Shown: positions 1 through 7,660, counted from the first letter of the stretch. The stretch: 64,000 nucleotides of DNA from Candidatus Woesebacteria bacterium (GCA_050115675.1 JASFQB010000004.1:71601-135600), one strand, 5' to 3'. Numbers and translations are program-made. Notes: generated from the letters alone by a model not told the origin.

Positions 1-1185
1 TATCGCACGCACCAAGGTAGTTTTACCAACGCCATTACGGCCAATCAAGCGAACACGCTCGCCAGATTGCAAAGCAAATTTTACAGACTCAAATAATGGC
101 TTGCTGTCGTAGCCAAGCTGTAAATTATCAATTTTTAGCAGTTCGTGCGAATGACCAGACAAGCTGTTTTTGGCAATTTTAATATTTTTTGCCTTGTACT
201 TGGCGTAATTATCGCTAACTTTTTTGCCCAGACTCTCTGCAGACTCGCGGTCAATCCAAAAACTTGGCTTTTGTAAACTTTCTTCTAACTGCTCATACTC
301 TTTGAGCAGACGTCTTTCAAGCGGAATAAACGGGTTGGGAGTTTTATTGGTGCTGGCTTTTTTGGCGCGAACTGCTTGTATCTGCTTGTGCAGATTGTCT
401 AGAGTCTTTAAGCCAACCTCATAATCGTGCATTTTTGCAGCAGTGGTTGTGGCATTTTGTTTTAGGTACGCATCGTAGTTACCCTTAAAAATATGCGCCT
501 TACCATCTTTAATTTCTATTACGCGATCAACGTATTTTAGAACATCGCGATCATGCGTAATAACCAAAACTGTTTGCTTTGCAGCTTTTAGCCAATCAAT
601 AAATGCATTTTTTGCAATGTAATCCATGTGATTTGTTGGTTCGTCAATAAGTGCAAGATCAGCATGCGAATGCTCTATGCGCACTAACTCTACAAAACGC
701 TTTTGGCCGCCAGACAGACGCGCCATAGGAGAGTAAGCTTTATCTATGTCTATTTGATAATCTTCTAAGCTCTGAACAATCTGGTTTTCGATGTCATAAT
801 AATCTAACATACCAAACCGCTCTAAAGCCTCGCTGTATTTTTGGATTCTGCGAAGATCATCGCCCATAACGTCTGGGTAGGTATCAATTATATGTTTTAA
901 ATCAGAGTATTCAGGCAAATTGCGCAAAATATAACCAACCACAGCTTCATCACCAACAGCATGATGCTCTTGCGCGGTACTAACCGTTTGCAGACCACGT
1001 TTTACCTGAACTTCGCCAAAATAGTCGTGATCTTTGCCACTCAAAATACCAAACAGCGTAGTCTTTCCAATGCCATTACGACCAATTATAGCCACACGTG
1101 CACTGGACTCTACGCTAAAACGCAAATCATTAAACAATTCTTTGTTGCCAACGATTTTTGATTTTATGTCAACATTTATAATCAT
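1..1185 (-). CDS. ABC-F family ATPase (two ABC domains); C-terminal end lies beyond window start
   Basis: Not in ORF track because it runs off the edge. My minus-strand translation from ATG (complement of 1183-1185) reads MIINVDIKSKIVGNKELF... It has two Walker A loops, GRNGIGKTT (~1060-1090) and GRNGVGKTT (~20-50). It also has an LSGGQ signature, Walker B LALIDEPTNHMD and a charged inter-domain linker. Confidence 0.85.
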   Translation of the reverse strand, partial: MIINVDIKSKIVGNKELFNDLRFSVESSARVAIIGRNGIGKTTLFGILSGKDHDYFGEVQVKRGLQTVSTAQEHHAVGDEAVVGYILRNLPEYSDLKHIIDTYPDVMGDDLRRIQKYSEALERFGMLDYYDIENQIVQSLEDYQIDIDKAYSPMARLSGGQKRFVELVRIEHSHADLALIDEPTNHMDYIAKNAFIDWLKAAKQTVLVITHDRDVLKYVDRVIEIKDGKAHIFKGNYDAYLKQNATTTAAKMHDYEVGLKTLDNLHKQIQAVRAKKASTNKTPNPFIPLERRLLKEYEQLEESLQKPSFWIDRESAESLGKKVSDNYAKYKAKNIKIAKNSLSGHSHELLKIDNLQLGYDSKPLFESVKFALQSGERVRLIGRNGVGKTTLVRAI

Positions 1186-1302
1186 CTTGTACAGTATAAC
1201 AGATGAGCTAGTACTAACATATTTTCAAAGTTAATTTTTATTGATATCATTAAGCTACGTCATAGTGCTTATGGCATGATAAAAAATAAATAAAGGAACA
1301 AC

Positions 1303-1737
1303 ATGTCTCTACAAGAAAATTTAGCAAAAGCAGACGAACAAATTGGTGGCGGCGTAAAAACCAAACTACTAACCCAAACTGGTCGACTAAAAAACAGTGA
1401 GGCAGAAACCGCTGAAGACGTTACAGGCTTTGACAATATAATTACAGACGGCAACGGCAAATGCTACACCTTTTACGCTGCAAACCCACCATTAATTGGC
1501 CTAACGCAGCCAACTCCATGTCCATGTCCACTTGGCGCAGCAGCTTTTGAAGATTACAAAATCGACTACAAGCAAGCAATCGACATCTTTCACAAAGGCA
1601 ACTGGGGCTCAAAGTTTAACGCCATTTCTATTGGCCAAGCCTTAACTCCAGAGGTCAAAGATCCTCACTGGCGAATTATGTCTACACTTGGCACAGAGGT
1701 TGTTATAAACGCAAACACTGGCGAAGTAGAGAAGTAG
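1303..1737 (+). CDS. hypothetical protein (144 aa)
   Basis: Track ORF with ATG start. A 9-bp hairpin (~1763-1785) plus T-rich tail follows the stop. No motif recognised. Confidence 0.55.
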   Translation: MSLQENLAKADEQIGGGVKTKLLTQTGRLKNSEAETAEDVTGFDNIITDGNGKCYTFYAANPPLIGLTQPTPCPCPLGAAAFEDYKIDYKQAIDIFHKGNWGSKFNAISIGQALTPEVKDPHWRIMSTLGTEVVINANTGEVEK

Positions 1738-1844
1738 CTTTTAACAAAACGCGCGCAATACAAGGGGGCTCCACACGAGCCCTCTTTACTTTACGCAAAA
1801 AATATGTTAAACTATTTTCTGCACCTACTGCTATTGGAGGAAAA

Positions 1845-2075
1845 ATGGTTAAGGTTGTCGGTGGAGGCTTTAGGGCAACTTGCGCTAATTGCGGTTCGAG
1901 TCTGGAATTTACACAAGACGACACTCGCGCTGGTGAACACATGGCAAACAATCCCGAGCAAGAATATTACACCGTAATTACATGCCCTCGTTGCCGACGC
2001 GCCGTAGACGTCACTAGTGTCGTTGGCAGAAGCTACTCTCGCCCCGAGTTTGATTACAGCGACTACGACCTTTAG
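1845..2075 (+). CDS. small zinc-ribbon protein (76 aa)
   Basis: Two CxxC pairs (CANCGSS...CPRCRR). GGAGGA RBS lies 5 nt upstream of ATG. GC-richer than flanks and followed by its own terminator. Confidence 0.55.
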   Translation: MVKVVGGGFRATCANCGSSLEFTQDDTRAGEHMANNPEQEYYTVITCPRCRRAVDVTSVVGRSYSRPEFDYSDYDL

Positions 2076-2081
2076 TCCACC

Positions 2082-2109
2082 GGCCACCCAAAACAGGGTG
2101 GCCATTTTA
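2082..2109 (+). terminator. intrinsic terminator after the 76-aa gene
   Basis: GGCCACCC-aaaaca-GGGTGGCC hairpin followed by ATTTTA. Confidence 0.6.
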
Positions 2110-2110
2110 C

Positions 2111-2139
2111 TTGACAAGTATTTACAATACTGCTAAAGT
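2111..2139 (+). promoter_or_regulatory. sigma70-type promoter for the 2185 gene
   Basis: TTGACA (2111-2116), 17-nt spacer, TAAAGT (2134-2139). Confidence 0.55.
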
Positions 2140-2184
2140 AGGTCGGTACGTTTAACCTAAACGTCAAAGAAAGGTGAGGAAACA

Positions 2185-2463
2185 GTGTCATCTGCAGTCC
2201 GCAACCCAAGGCCACTGACGTTCGGAACGATCCGCGAAATCAACGGCAGGACTTGCGTCTGGACTCCCGTATACGACTACATCCTGCCCGAGTATTACAG
2301 TCACGGTGGGCCTGGCTGGGACTATCGAGCCGTCTTGCTTGAACCTGGTTTTTGCATGGAGCGCTACGGCTTTGAGCCTACCGATGACCAGGTATGGAGC
2401 CACCCAAACACGCTTCCCAAGCTTGTTGTTGGAGAATGGTCAGAAGTACAGGACAACTCATGA
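2185..2463 (+). CDS. hypothetical protein (92 aa), GC-rich
   Basis: Track ORF with GTG start preceded by AAAGGTGAGGA. Has its own promoter and terminator. No motif recognised. Confidence 0.5.
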   Translation: MSSAVRNPRPLTFGTIREINGRTCVWTPVYDYILPEYYSHGGPGWDYRAVLLEPGFCMERYGFEPTDDQVWSHPNTLPKLVVGEWSEVQDNS

Positions 2464-2469
2464 TTTTTT

Positions 2470-2499
2470 GCCTTGGCCCCACGGGGTCAAGGCATTTTT
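2470..2499 (+). terminator. intrinsic terminator (T-runs on both sides)
   Basis: GCCTTGGCCCC-acg-GGGTCAAGGC (11 bp, one G.T), flanked by TTTTTT and ATTTTT. Confidence 0.65.
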
Positions 2500-2520
2500 A
2501 ATTTAAAAATTATTTTATAA

Positions 2521-2556
2521 CAAAAGGAAAGACCCCGAACATCGTTGTTCGGGGTC
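2521..2556 (-). terminator. intrinsic terminator of the minus-strand GC-rich gene
   Basis: Perfect 11-bp stem GACCCCGAACA/TGTTCGGGGTC. It is followed on the minus strand by CTTTCCTTTTGTT. Confidence 0.65.
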
Positions 2557-2595
2557 ACAGAGCGCGCGTCCACAAAAGACGCTAACTCAGCCCTA

Positions 2596-2952
2596 TCACT
2601 GCTTGCTGGCCGCCCGGGCCTCCTTGGCCGTCAGGCGACGGCGCGGAGCGGTGGGCTCCTTGGCCGACTTGGCCTTGGGCTCCTCGACTACAGCCACCGT
2701 GGTGACGACATTCGAGTTCGCGATCTTGCGCGTCAAGCGCGCACGCTCGCGATCCGCACCCACACCGACACCCAGACGCTTGTCCAGCAGCTCGATGCGC
2801 TGCTGGGGCGTCAGACTGGCAGCGGCTGCATTGCGCTCGAGAGCGCGGTCGCGACGCGATGCCGGGCCGCGCGTCCTCCGCCACTCGGTACGAGCGGCGT
2901 CGACGACGGACTGCAGGGCGGAGGGACGGGTACGGTTGTTGTACTTGGCCAT
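2596..2952 (-). CDS. small, very basic Arg/Ala-rich protein (118 aa) in a strongly GC-rich block
   Basis: I prefer the start at MAKYNNRT (complement of 2950-2952) because GGAG lies 7 nt upstream. The track start at 2997 adds 15 codons. Composition is visibly far more GC-rich than neighbours. Other-frame ORFs here are treated as artefacts. Confidence 0.6.
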   Translation of the reverse strand: MAKYNNRTRPSALQSVVDAARTEWRRTRGPASRRDRALERNAAAASLTPQQRIELLDKRLGVGVGADRERARLTRKIANSNVVTTVAVVEEPKAKSAKEPTAPRRRLTAKEARAASKQ

Positions 2953-2960
2953 GACAATCT

Positions 2961-3061
2961 CCTTCACTTGCCAAAAGCGCATGGGCGTTAGGCCCACAAG
3001 CTTTCAGCATCTGGATGGCGCCCTTCACTTGCTCAAAATCACATGGGCATCAGGCCCACAG
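2961..3061 (-). repeat. two imperfect 40-nt direct repeats in the 5' leader of the 2596-2952 gene
   Basis: Unit 1 (2961-3000) is CCTTCACTTGCCAAAAGCGCATGGGCGTTAGGCCCACAAG. Unit 2 (3022-3061) is CCTTCACTTGCTCAAAATCACATGGGCATCAGGCCCACAG. Each contains a TGGGC-N5-GCCCA palindrome. Unit 1 supplies the RBS. Confidence 0.8.
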
Positions 3062-3123
3062 ATCCCGAACATCAGGACGATAGATAGGACTAGTCGCACA
3101 AAAATCATGCGATCACGTAAGTA

Positions 3124-3152
3124 ATAATAGCATGGTATGCTAAAATTGTCAA
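3124..3152 (-). promoter_or_regulatory. sigma70-type promoter (minus strand) for the GC-rich basic-protein gene
   Basis: Read on the minus strand: TTGACA (3152-3147), 17 nt, TATTAT (3129-3124). This implies a leader of about 165 nt. Confidence 0.6.
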
Positions 3153-3205
3153 CACTTTTGTACGCATTTTATATTTTTGTCAATCACCACCCCTGTAATA
3201 CAGCT

Positions 3206-3871
3206 CTACAGTGCGGGCTCGGACAGTTCGGTTGGAACAGTGCTTACAAAGCGATACAACATTGCAGGACGATGTCTACCTCCGTCTGACTGCTTTTTAG
3301 TAGGTTCGATAAGCCCCAAAGACAAAAACTTTTTACGAAAATTACGCTTATCAAATGACGTTCCGTTAACAATTTCGTAAATTCGCTGCAGTTCAGTCAA
3401 AGTAAACTCGGCAGGCAACAAAGAATAAGCTGCATTTGTATAACTAAGCTTAGCGCGCAAGCGCGTTATGGCGTATTTTAATATTTGATTATGGTCAAAA
3501 GCCAATTTTTTTACGTCATTTACAGACTGTAGTCTAGGTATTTGCGTAGTGTGACTTTCGCGGATGACTAGCTGCTCTGGGCGAAGCAAGGCGTAGTATG
3601 CCACTGTTACAACGCGCCCTCTTGGATCGCGCCTGGGCTCATCAAAGGTACATAACTGCTCTATAAACACTTGGTGCACGCCAGCCTTATGATGCAATAT
3701 GCGTCTTGCGGCAGCTAAGGTTGTTTCGTCTGGCTCGATAAAACCACCTGGCAAAGAAGCTATATTTGCAAATGGATCGTAAGAACGAGTTACTAAAAGC
3801 ACTTTTAGTTGATTATCTTTTACTGTAAAGATTACTACGTCTACAGCTATTTGACCTTTAGGTGTTTTCAT
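3206..3871 (-). CDS. NrtR-like transcriptional regulator (degenerate Nudix domain plus C-terminal winged helix)
   Basis: Nudix-box region is GGFIEPDETTLAAARRILHHKAGV, with HH in place of the catalytic EE. The C-terminal segment FTLTELQRIYEIVNGTSFDKRNFRKKF matches the wHTH of NrtR-type regulators as I remember the family. Confidence 0.7.
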   Translation of the reverse strand: MKTPKGQIAVDVVIFTVKDNQLKVLLVTRSYDPFANIASLPGGFIEPDETTLAAARRILHHKAGVHQVFIEQLCTFDEPRRDPRGRVVTVAYYALLRPEQLVIRESHTTQIPRLQSVNDVKKLAFDHNQILKYAITRLRAKLSYTNAAYSLLPAEFTLTELQRIYEIVNGTSFDKRNFRKKFLSLGLIEPTKKQSDGGRHRPAMLYRFVSTVPTELSEPAL

Positions 3872-3906
3872 AATTTGCCCATATTATTTTTAATATTATA
3901 ACATTA

Positions 3907-3921
3907 GTGTATATTTTACAC
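3907..3921. promoter_or_regulatory. palindromic operator candidate 1 (GTGTA-N5-TACAC)
   Basis: GTGTATATTTTACAC, in the divergent intergenic region between the regulator and the 4035 operon. Confidence 0.5.
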
Positions 3922-3929
3922 AAAGTATA

Positions 3930-3958
3930 TTGACTTCGCCTTTGCAAAACAATACTAT
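3930..3958 (+). promoter_or_regulatory. sigma70-type promoter of the 4035-7646 operon
   Basis: TTGACT (3930-3935), 17 nt, TACTAT (3953-3958). Confidence 0.55.
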
Positions 3959-3973
3959 CAAGACATTGGGCTG

Positions 3974-3988
3974 GTGTACGATGTACAC
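3974..3988. promoter_or_regulatory. palindromic operator candidate 2 (GTGTA-N5-TACAC)
   Basis: GTGTACGATGTACAC is a perfect 6+6 inverted repeat just downstream of the predicted -10 and transcription start. Confidence 0.5.
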
Positions 3989-4034
3989 TAACTCACGTTT
4001 TTTGACTCTTTGACGCAAAAGGAGAATTTAGACC

Positions 4035-5183
4035 ATGCACAGGGACTTTGCCAAAACCGCAGAACTAATTCGCAAGGCTAGGCAGCCAGAAGACGTTTTT
4101 GGTCGACACAAAGGCACTCCTCAGCAACAGATTGATGCGGCAAAAAGTGTTAGGCGACGACTACTGAGGGTGGTTGCGCCAGACGTTAACGACGACTCCG
4201 CAGAAGCAACAGAGGTTTTTAAGCTTCTTGATGACCTTTGGCAGGACTTTACAAATAAGACGATGCCCAGCACGGTCAAAATTCGCACGCGTTTGCGCGA
4301 GTATACAATTGGACCACTTTTTGCAGCTGGCGATGAAGCAGATTTGTTCAAGTGTAGTTATAACGATGGCGCACATGCAAAAGATGCAGTACTTAAAGTT
4401 GCAGTGGATCCAGTCAGCAACAGCCTGATTCAGGCTGAGGCTAGCGCGCTTAGGATTTTGCACGATTCGACAAGACCTAGCGATGCAAGCTTTCTGTCTT
4501 ATTTGCCAAGGCTGATTGAGACTCTTGGATACAGAGAAGGCGCGAATGCGCCAGTTCGCCAGGCAAATGTTTTGGCGTTTGAGATGAGTGACGGTTTTGT
4601 TAGTCTAGAAGAAATCAAGTCCGCATATCCAAGAGGTATTCACCCTAAGGATGCTGCCTGGATTTGGCGACGACTACTTTTGACCATGGCGTACGCGCAC
4701 AGCAAAAAGGTGATTCATGGCGCAATTTTGCCATCGCACATTTTGGTGCATCCAAAATATCATGGCATTGCTTTGATTGACTGGTGCTATTCGGTTTACG
4801 AACCTGCTAAATCTGGTCAGCGTATTTTGGCCGTAGTTGAAAAGTACCGTTCGTGGTATCCGGAACAAGTGTTTGCAAAGGCCTCACCGCTACCCGGAAT
4901 TGATCTGTCTATGGCGGCCAAGTGCATGATTTGGCTAATGGGCGGAAATCCCCGGACTGGCGAGCTGCCAAAGCAAACAAGTGTTGCCGAGGGCGGCGCA
5001 ATTCCGCAAGAGCTTCGGGGCGTCTTTAAGATGTATACGTATTTGGCCACGGCAAAACGGCCAGAAACGCAAGATGCTTGGAGGCTCGGGCGCGAATTTG
5101 AGAACCTGCTTGTAAGAGCTTGGGGACCTCGTAAATTCCGTCCGTTTGACTCAATCTACCCAAAGATTGGGTCTGTTAGTTAG
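4035..5183 (+). CDS. J-domain-like plus protein-kinase-like protein (predicted pseudokinase)
   Basis: The N-terminus resembles a J domain, but the HPD position reads APD (LLRVVAPDVN). The kinase-like core has AVLKV, EASALRIL, a catalytic-loop position VIHGAILPSHILV (HRDLKPxN expected) and LIDW at the DFG position. Confidence 0.6.
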   Translation: MHRDFAKTAELIRKARQPEDVFGRHKGTPQQQIDAAKSVRRRLLRVVAPDVNDDSAEATEVFKLLDDLWQDFTNKTMPSTVKIRTRLREYTIGPLFAAGDEADLFKCSYNDGAHAKDAVLKVAVDPVSNSLIQAEASALRILHDSTRPSDASFLSYLPRLIETLGYREGANAPVRQANVLAFEMSDGFVSLEEIKSAYPRGIHPKDAAWIWRRLLLTMAYAHSKKVIHGAILPSHILVHPKYHGIALIDWCYSVYEPAKSGQRILAVVEKYRSWYPEQVFAKASPLPGIDLSMAAKCMIWLMGGNPRTGELPKQTSVAEGGAIPQELRGVFKMYTYLATAKRPETQDAWRLGREFENLLVRAWGPRKFRPFDSIYPKIGSVS

Positions 5184-5210
5184 TGCCCGCAACTATGTCT
5201 GGAGGACAAG

Positions 5211-6224
5211 ATGGGCTACACTCCGTGGAGATCCGAACAATATCAAGCAACGCAGCATCGGCGTACTGTTACTGGATCGGCGTTTAGCTACCACCGAGCC
5301 CAGGCCGCTCAGCCTATGAGTCAGCGGCGGGTACATGGTGATCTTGATCCTAAATGGACCAATCATGCTGGCCAGAAGATTCGAGAGAGTCGCGACTCTG
5401 CGGCCCACCCGAACTCTCTGGCAATTGCCACCCTGTTTGACCAAACGGGATCGATGGGCGAGGGTCCGGTTATTCTGCAAAGGAAGCTCGGCACTCTAAT
5501 GAAGGTACTGCTCGAACGCGGCTATGTTGCAAGTCCGCACGTGCTGTTTGGTGCCATTGGCGACGCTCATGCAGGTGAGGTCGCGCCGCTTCAGGTTGGA
5601 CAGTTTGAGTCTGGCCTAGAAATGGACACTCAGCTCGATAACCTCTACCTCGAGGGCTGTGGAGCCGGAAATGGTGGCGAAACGTACGGACTGGGGCTGT
5701 ATTTTATGGCCCGCCATTCTAGCATTGACTGCTGGGGGAAGCGTCATCAGAAGGGATTTTTGTTTCTGATTGGCGACGAGTGCCCGCATCGCGCTATTAC
5801 TCGGCAAGAGGCTTTTACGTACGTTGGCGACAAAATTGAGCGAGATCTGACCATCGAGCAAGTGGTGACCGAGGCTCAGCGTATGTACGAAGTCTTCTTT
5901 TTGCACGTCAGAACAAGTTCAGCTATCGCCCAGGATTCGCTGTCTGTGTGGCGCAAGCTGCTTGGCGATCACGTGATTCAGCTTGAGGGCCTTGACAACA
6001 TCAGCGAGATCATTGCGATCACTGTTGGTATGTCGCTTGGCGCAATTGATTCTGCTGCTCAGGGGGTTAACGATCTGATCGCTTCTGGCGCAGATCCTGG
6101 CGCTGCCAGGCGCGCTGGAAACTCTTTGGCGCAGCTCACTCCCCCTGGCGGGGGAATTGCCGCCAGGTCTACTGGCAACCTGCCTACGTCGCGACGCGGA
6201 CAAGGCGGAAGTAGTCGACTTTAA
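5211..6224 (+). CDS. von Willebrand factor A (vWA) domain protein with G/R-rich tail
   Basis: MIDAS-like LFDQTGSMG and later FLIGDE. C-terminal low-complexity tail PGGGIAARSTGNLPTSRRGQGGSSRL. GGAGG RBS; 27-nt gap from the upstream gene. Confidence 0.7.
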   Translation: MGYTPWRSEQYQATQHRRTVTGSAFSYHRAQAAQPMSQRRVHGDLDPKWTNHAGQKIRESRDSAAHPNSLAIATLFDQTGSMGEGPVILQRKLGTLMKVLLERGYVASPHVLFGAIGDAHAGEVAPLQVGQFESGLEMDTQLDNLYLEGCGAGNGGETYGLGLYFMARHSSIDCWGKRHQKGFLFLIGDECPHRAITRQEAFTYVGDKIERDLTIEQVVTEAQRMYEVFFLHVRTSSAIAQDSLSVWRKLLGDHVIQLEGLDNISEIIAITVGMSLGAIDSAAQGVNDLIASGADPGAARRAGNSLAQLTPPGGGIAARSTGNLPTSRRGQGGSSRL

Positions 6225-6296
6225 TCGTTGCGCGTCAATGAGCCCGGTGCAATTTGCCGGGCTCTACTACTTTTTACAAACTCTCAAGGAGGAGCA

Positions 6297-7646
6297 ATGT
6301 CATCTAGTAAACGCCGCGCCTATATTGTGACAGATTTAGGCTTTGGAGATGCAGGCAAGGGGAGTGTTGTTGACTACTTAACTCGACAAGCCCCGCCCGG
6401 CAAAACACTTGTGGTTCGCCATAATGGAGGAGCACAGGCTGCGCACAACGTCGTAACTCCAGATGGCAGACACCATAGGTTTTCGCAATTTGGATCAGGA
6501 TCTTTTGTGCCAGGCACAAAAACGCATCTTTCGCGCTTTATGGTGGTAGATCTTTTTACTCTGCACGACGAAGCAAACGAACTTGCCGCGTACCACGGCA
6601 TGTCTGACATTGTACAGCGACTTACAATCGACAAAGACGCTTTACTTGTAACGCCACACCAGCAAGCAGCAAACAGGCTGCGCGAACTTATTCGCGGCAT
6701 TCACAGACATGGATCTTGTGGCATGGGAATTGGCGAAGCCATGTACGACATGCTAAACCACGCCGATGCTAGTTTGCGTGTTGGGGACATTTTTAGCCCA
6801 AGCAAAATGTATCGTCGGTTAGAATTGCAAAGACAGCTAAAGATTGATATCTTTAAGCCATTGCTTAGCCGTCTAACTGCAGACGCGCGCGCACGAATGG
6901 AGTGGACGCTACTCAAAAACACATCAGACGAAATTGCCTCGTTTTACAGCGCCATGGCATCGCGGCTTAGGATTGTACCGCTAGACCATATCGAGCAGGC
7001 GATTTGCGACAATGATCAGGTAATTTTTGAAGGAGCACAAGGCGTACTTCTTGACGAGTGGCGTGGATTTCATCCATACACTACATGGAGCACAACCACA
7101 CACAGCAATGCCCAAACTTTGCTTACCGAAGCCAACTATGATGGCGAAATAATTAAGCTAGGGCTTTTGCGTGCATACGCCACGCGTCATGGCGCAGGTC
7201 CGCTACCAACCGAAGATGCAGCACTAACACAAAAAATTCAAGACACACACAACGAATTTGGTCTGTGGCAGAGGCATTTTAGGGTAGGTTATTTTGACGC
7301 AGTTACTGCGCGCTACGCCTTAAATGTTACAGGCGGAGTTGACCAGTTAGTACTTACCTGCGTTGACAGGCTTTACGGCCAGCAAAACTGGAAAGCTGCA
7401 ACCAAATACAAGGCAAGCTCAACAGAGGTAGTCGATCTTAGACCTGGCAGATATACAGATTTAAGACACCAGACAGAATTAACTCGATTGCTGCAAAGTT
7501 GCCAGCCACAATACAAAGTAGCAGTTTCTGGCAGATTTAGTCCAAAAAGAATAAAAAGCTACGTTGATTTTGTAGAATCAGAAATTGGACATAAAGTTGG
7601 GCTAATCTCGACCGGACCAACCGCCAATAACAAGCATGCAATTTAG
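6297..7646 (+). CDS. divergent adenylosuccinate-synthetase-like (PurA-family) ligase
   Basis: Start chosen at MSSSKRR (AAGGAGGAG RBS); the track start at 6228 lies upstream. PurA-like blocks present: GFGDAGKGSVVDYL, VVRHNGGAQAAH, FEGAQGVLLDEW, RAYATRHGAGPLPTE. The GATTGRRRR-type loop is replaced by FGLWQRHFRVGYFD. Confidence 0.7.
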   Translation: MSSSKRRAYIVTDLGFGDAGKGSVVDYLTRQAPPGKTLVVRHNGGAQAAHNVVTPDGRHHRFSQFGSGSFVPGTKTHLSRFMVVDLFTLHDEANELAAYHGMSDIVQRLTIDKDALLVTPHQQAANRLRELIRGIHRHGSCGMGIGEAMYDMLNHADASLRVGDIFSPSKMYRRLELQRQLKIDIFKPLLSRLTADARARMEWTLLKNTSDEIASFYSAMASRLRIVPLDHIEQAICDNDQVIFEGAQGVLLDEWRGFHPYTTWSTTTHSNAQTLLTEANYDGEIIKLGLLRAYATRHGAGPLPTEDAALTQKIQDTHNEFGLWQRHFRVGYFDAVTARYALNVTGGVDQLVLTCVDRLYGQQNWKAATKYKASSTEVVDLRPGRYTDLRHQTELTRLLQSCQPQYKVAVSGRFSPKRIKSYVDFVESEIGHKVGLISTGPTANNKHAI

Positions 7647-7660
7647 AGCACATGCACAAC

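Noticed and set aside
2545-3124. Four long overlapping ORFs (148, 148, 133 and 173 aa) on both strands.
   Set aside because: The block is so GC-rich that stop codons are rare in every frame. Only the minus-strand frame starting at MAKYNN has an RBS, a promoter and a terminator, so the rest are treated as compositional artefacts.
6241-6263. AGCCCGG/CCGGGCT hairpin between the vWA and PurA-like genes as an intrinsic terminator splitting the operon.
   Set aside because: The stem is only 7 bp and the downstream tract (CTACTACTTTTT) is a weak U-run. I treat it at most as an attenuator, and the genes as co-transcribed.
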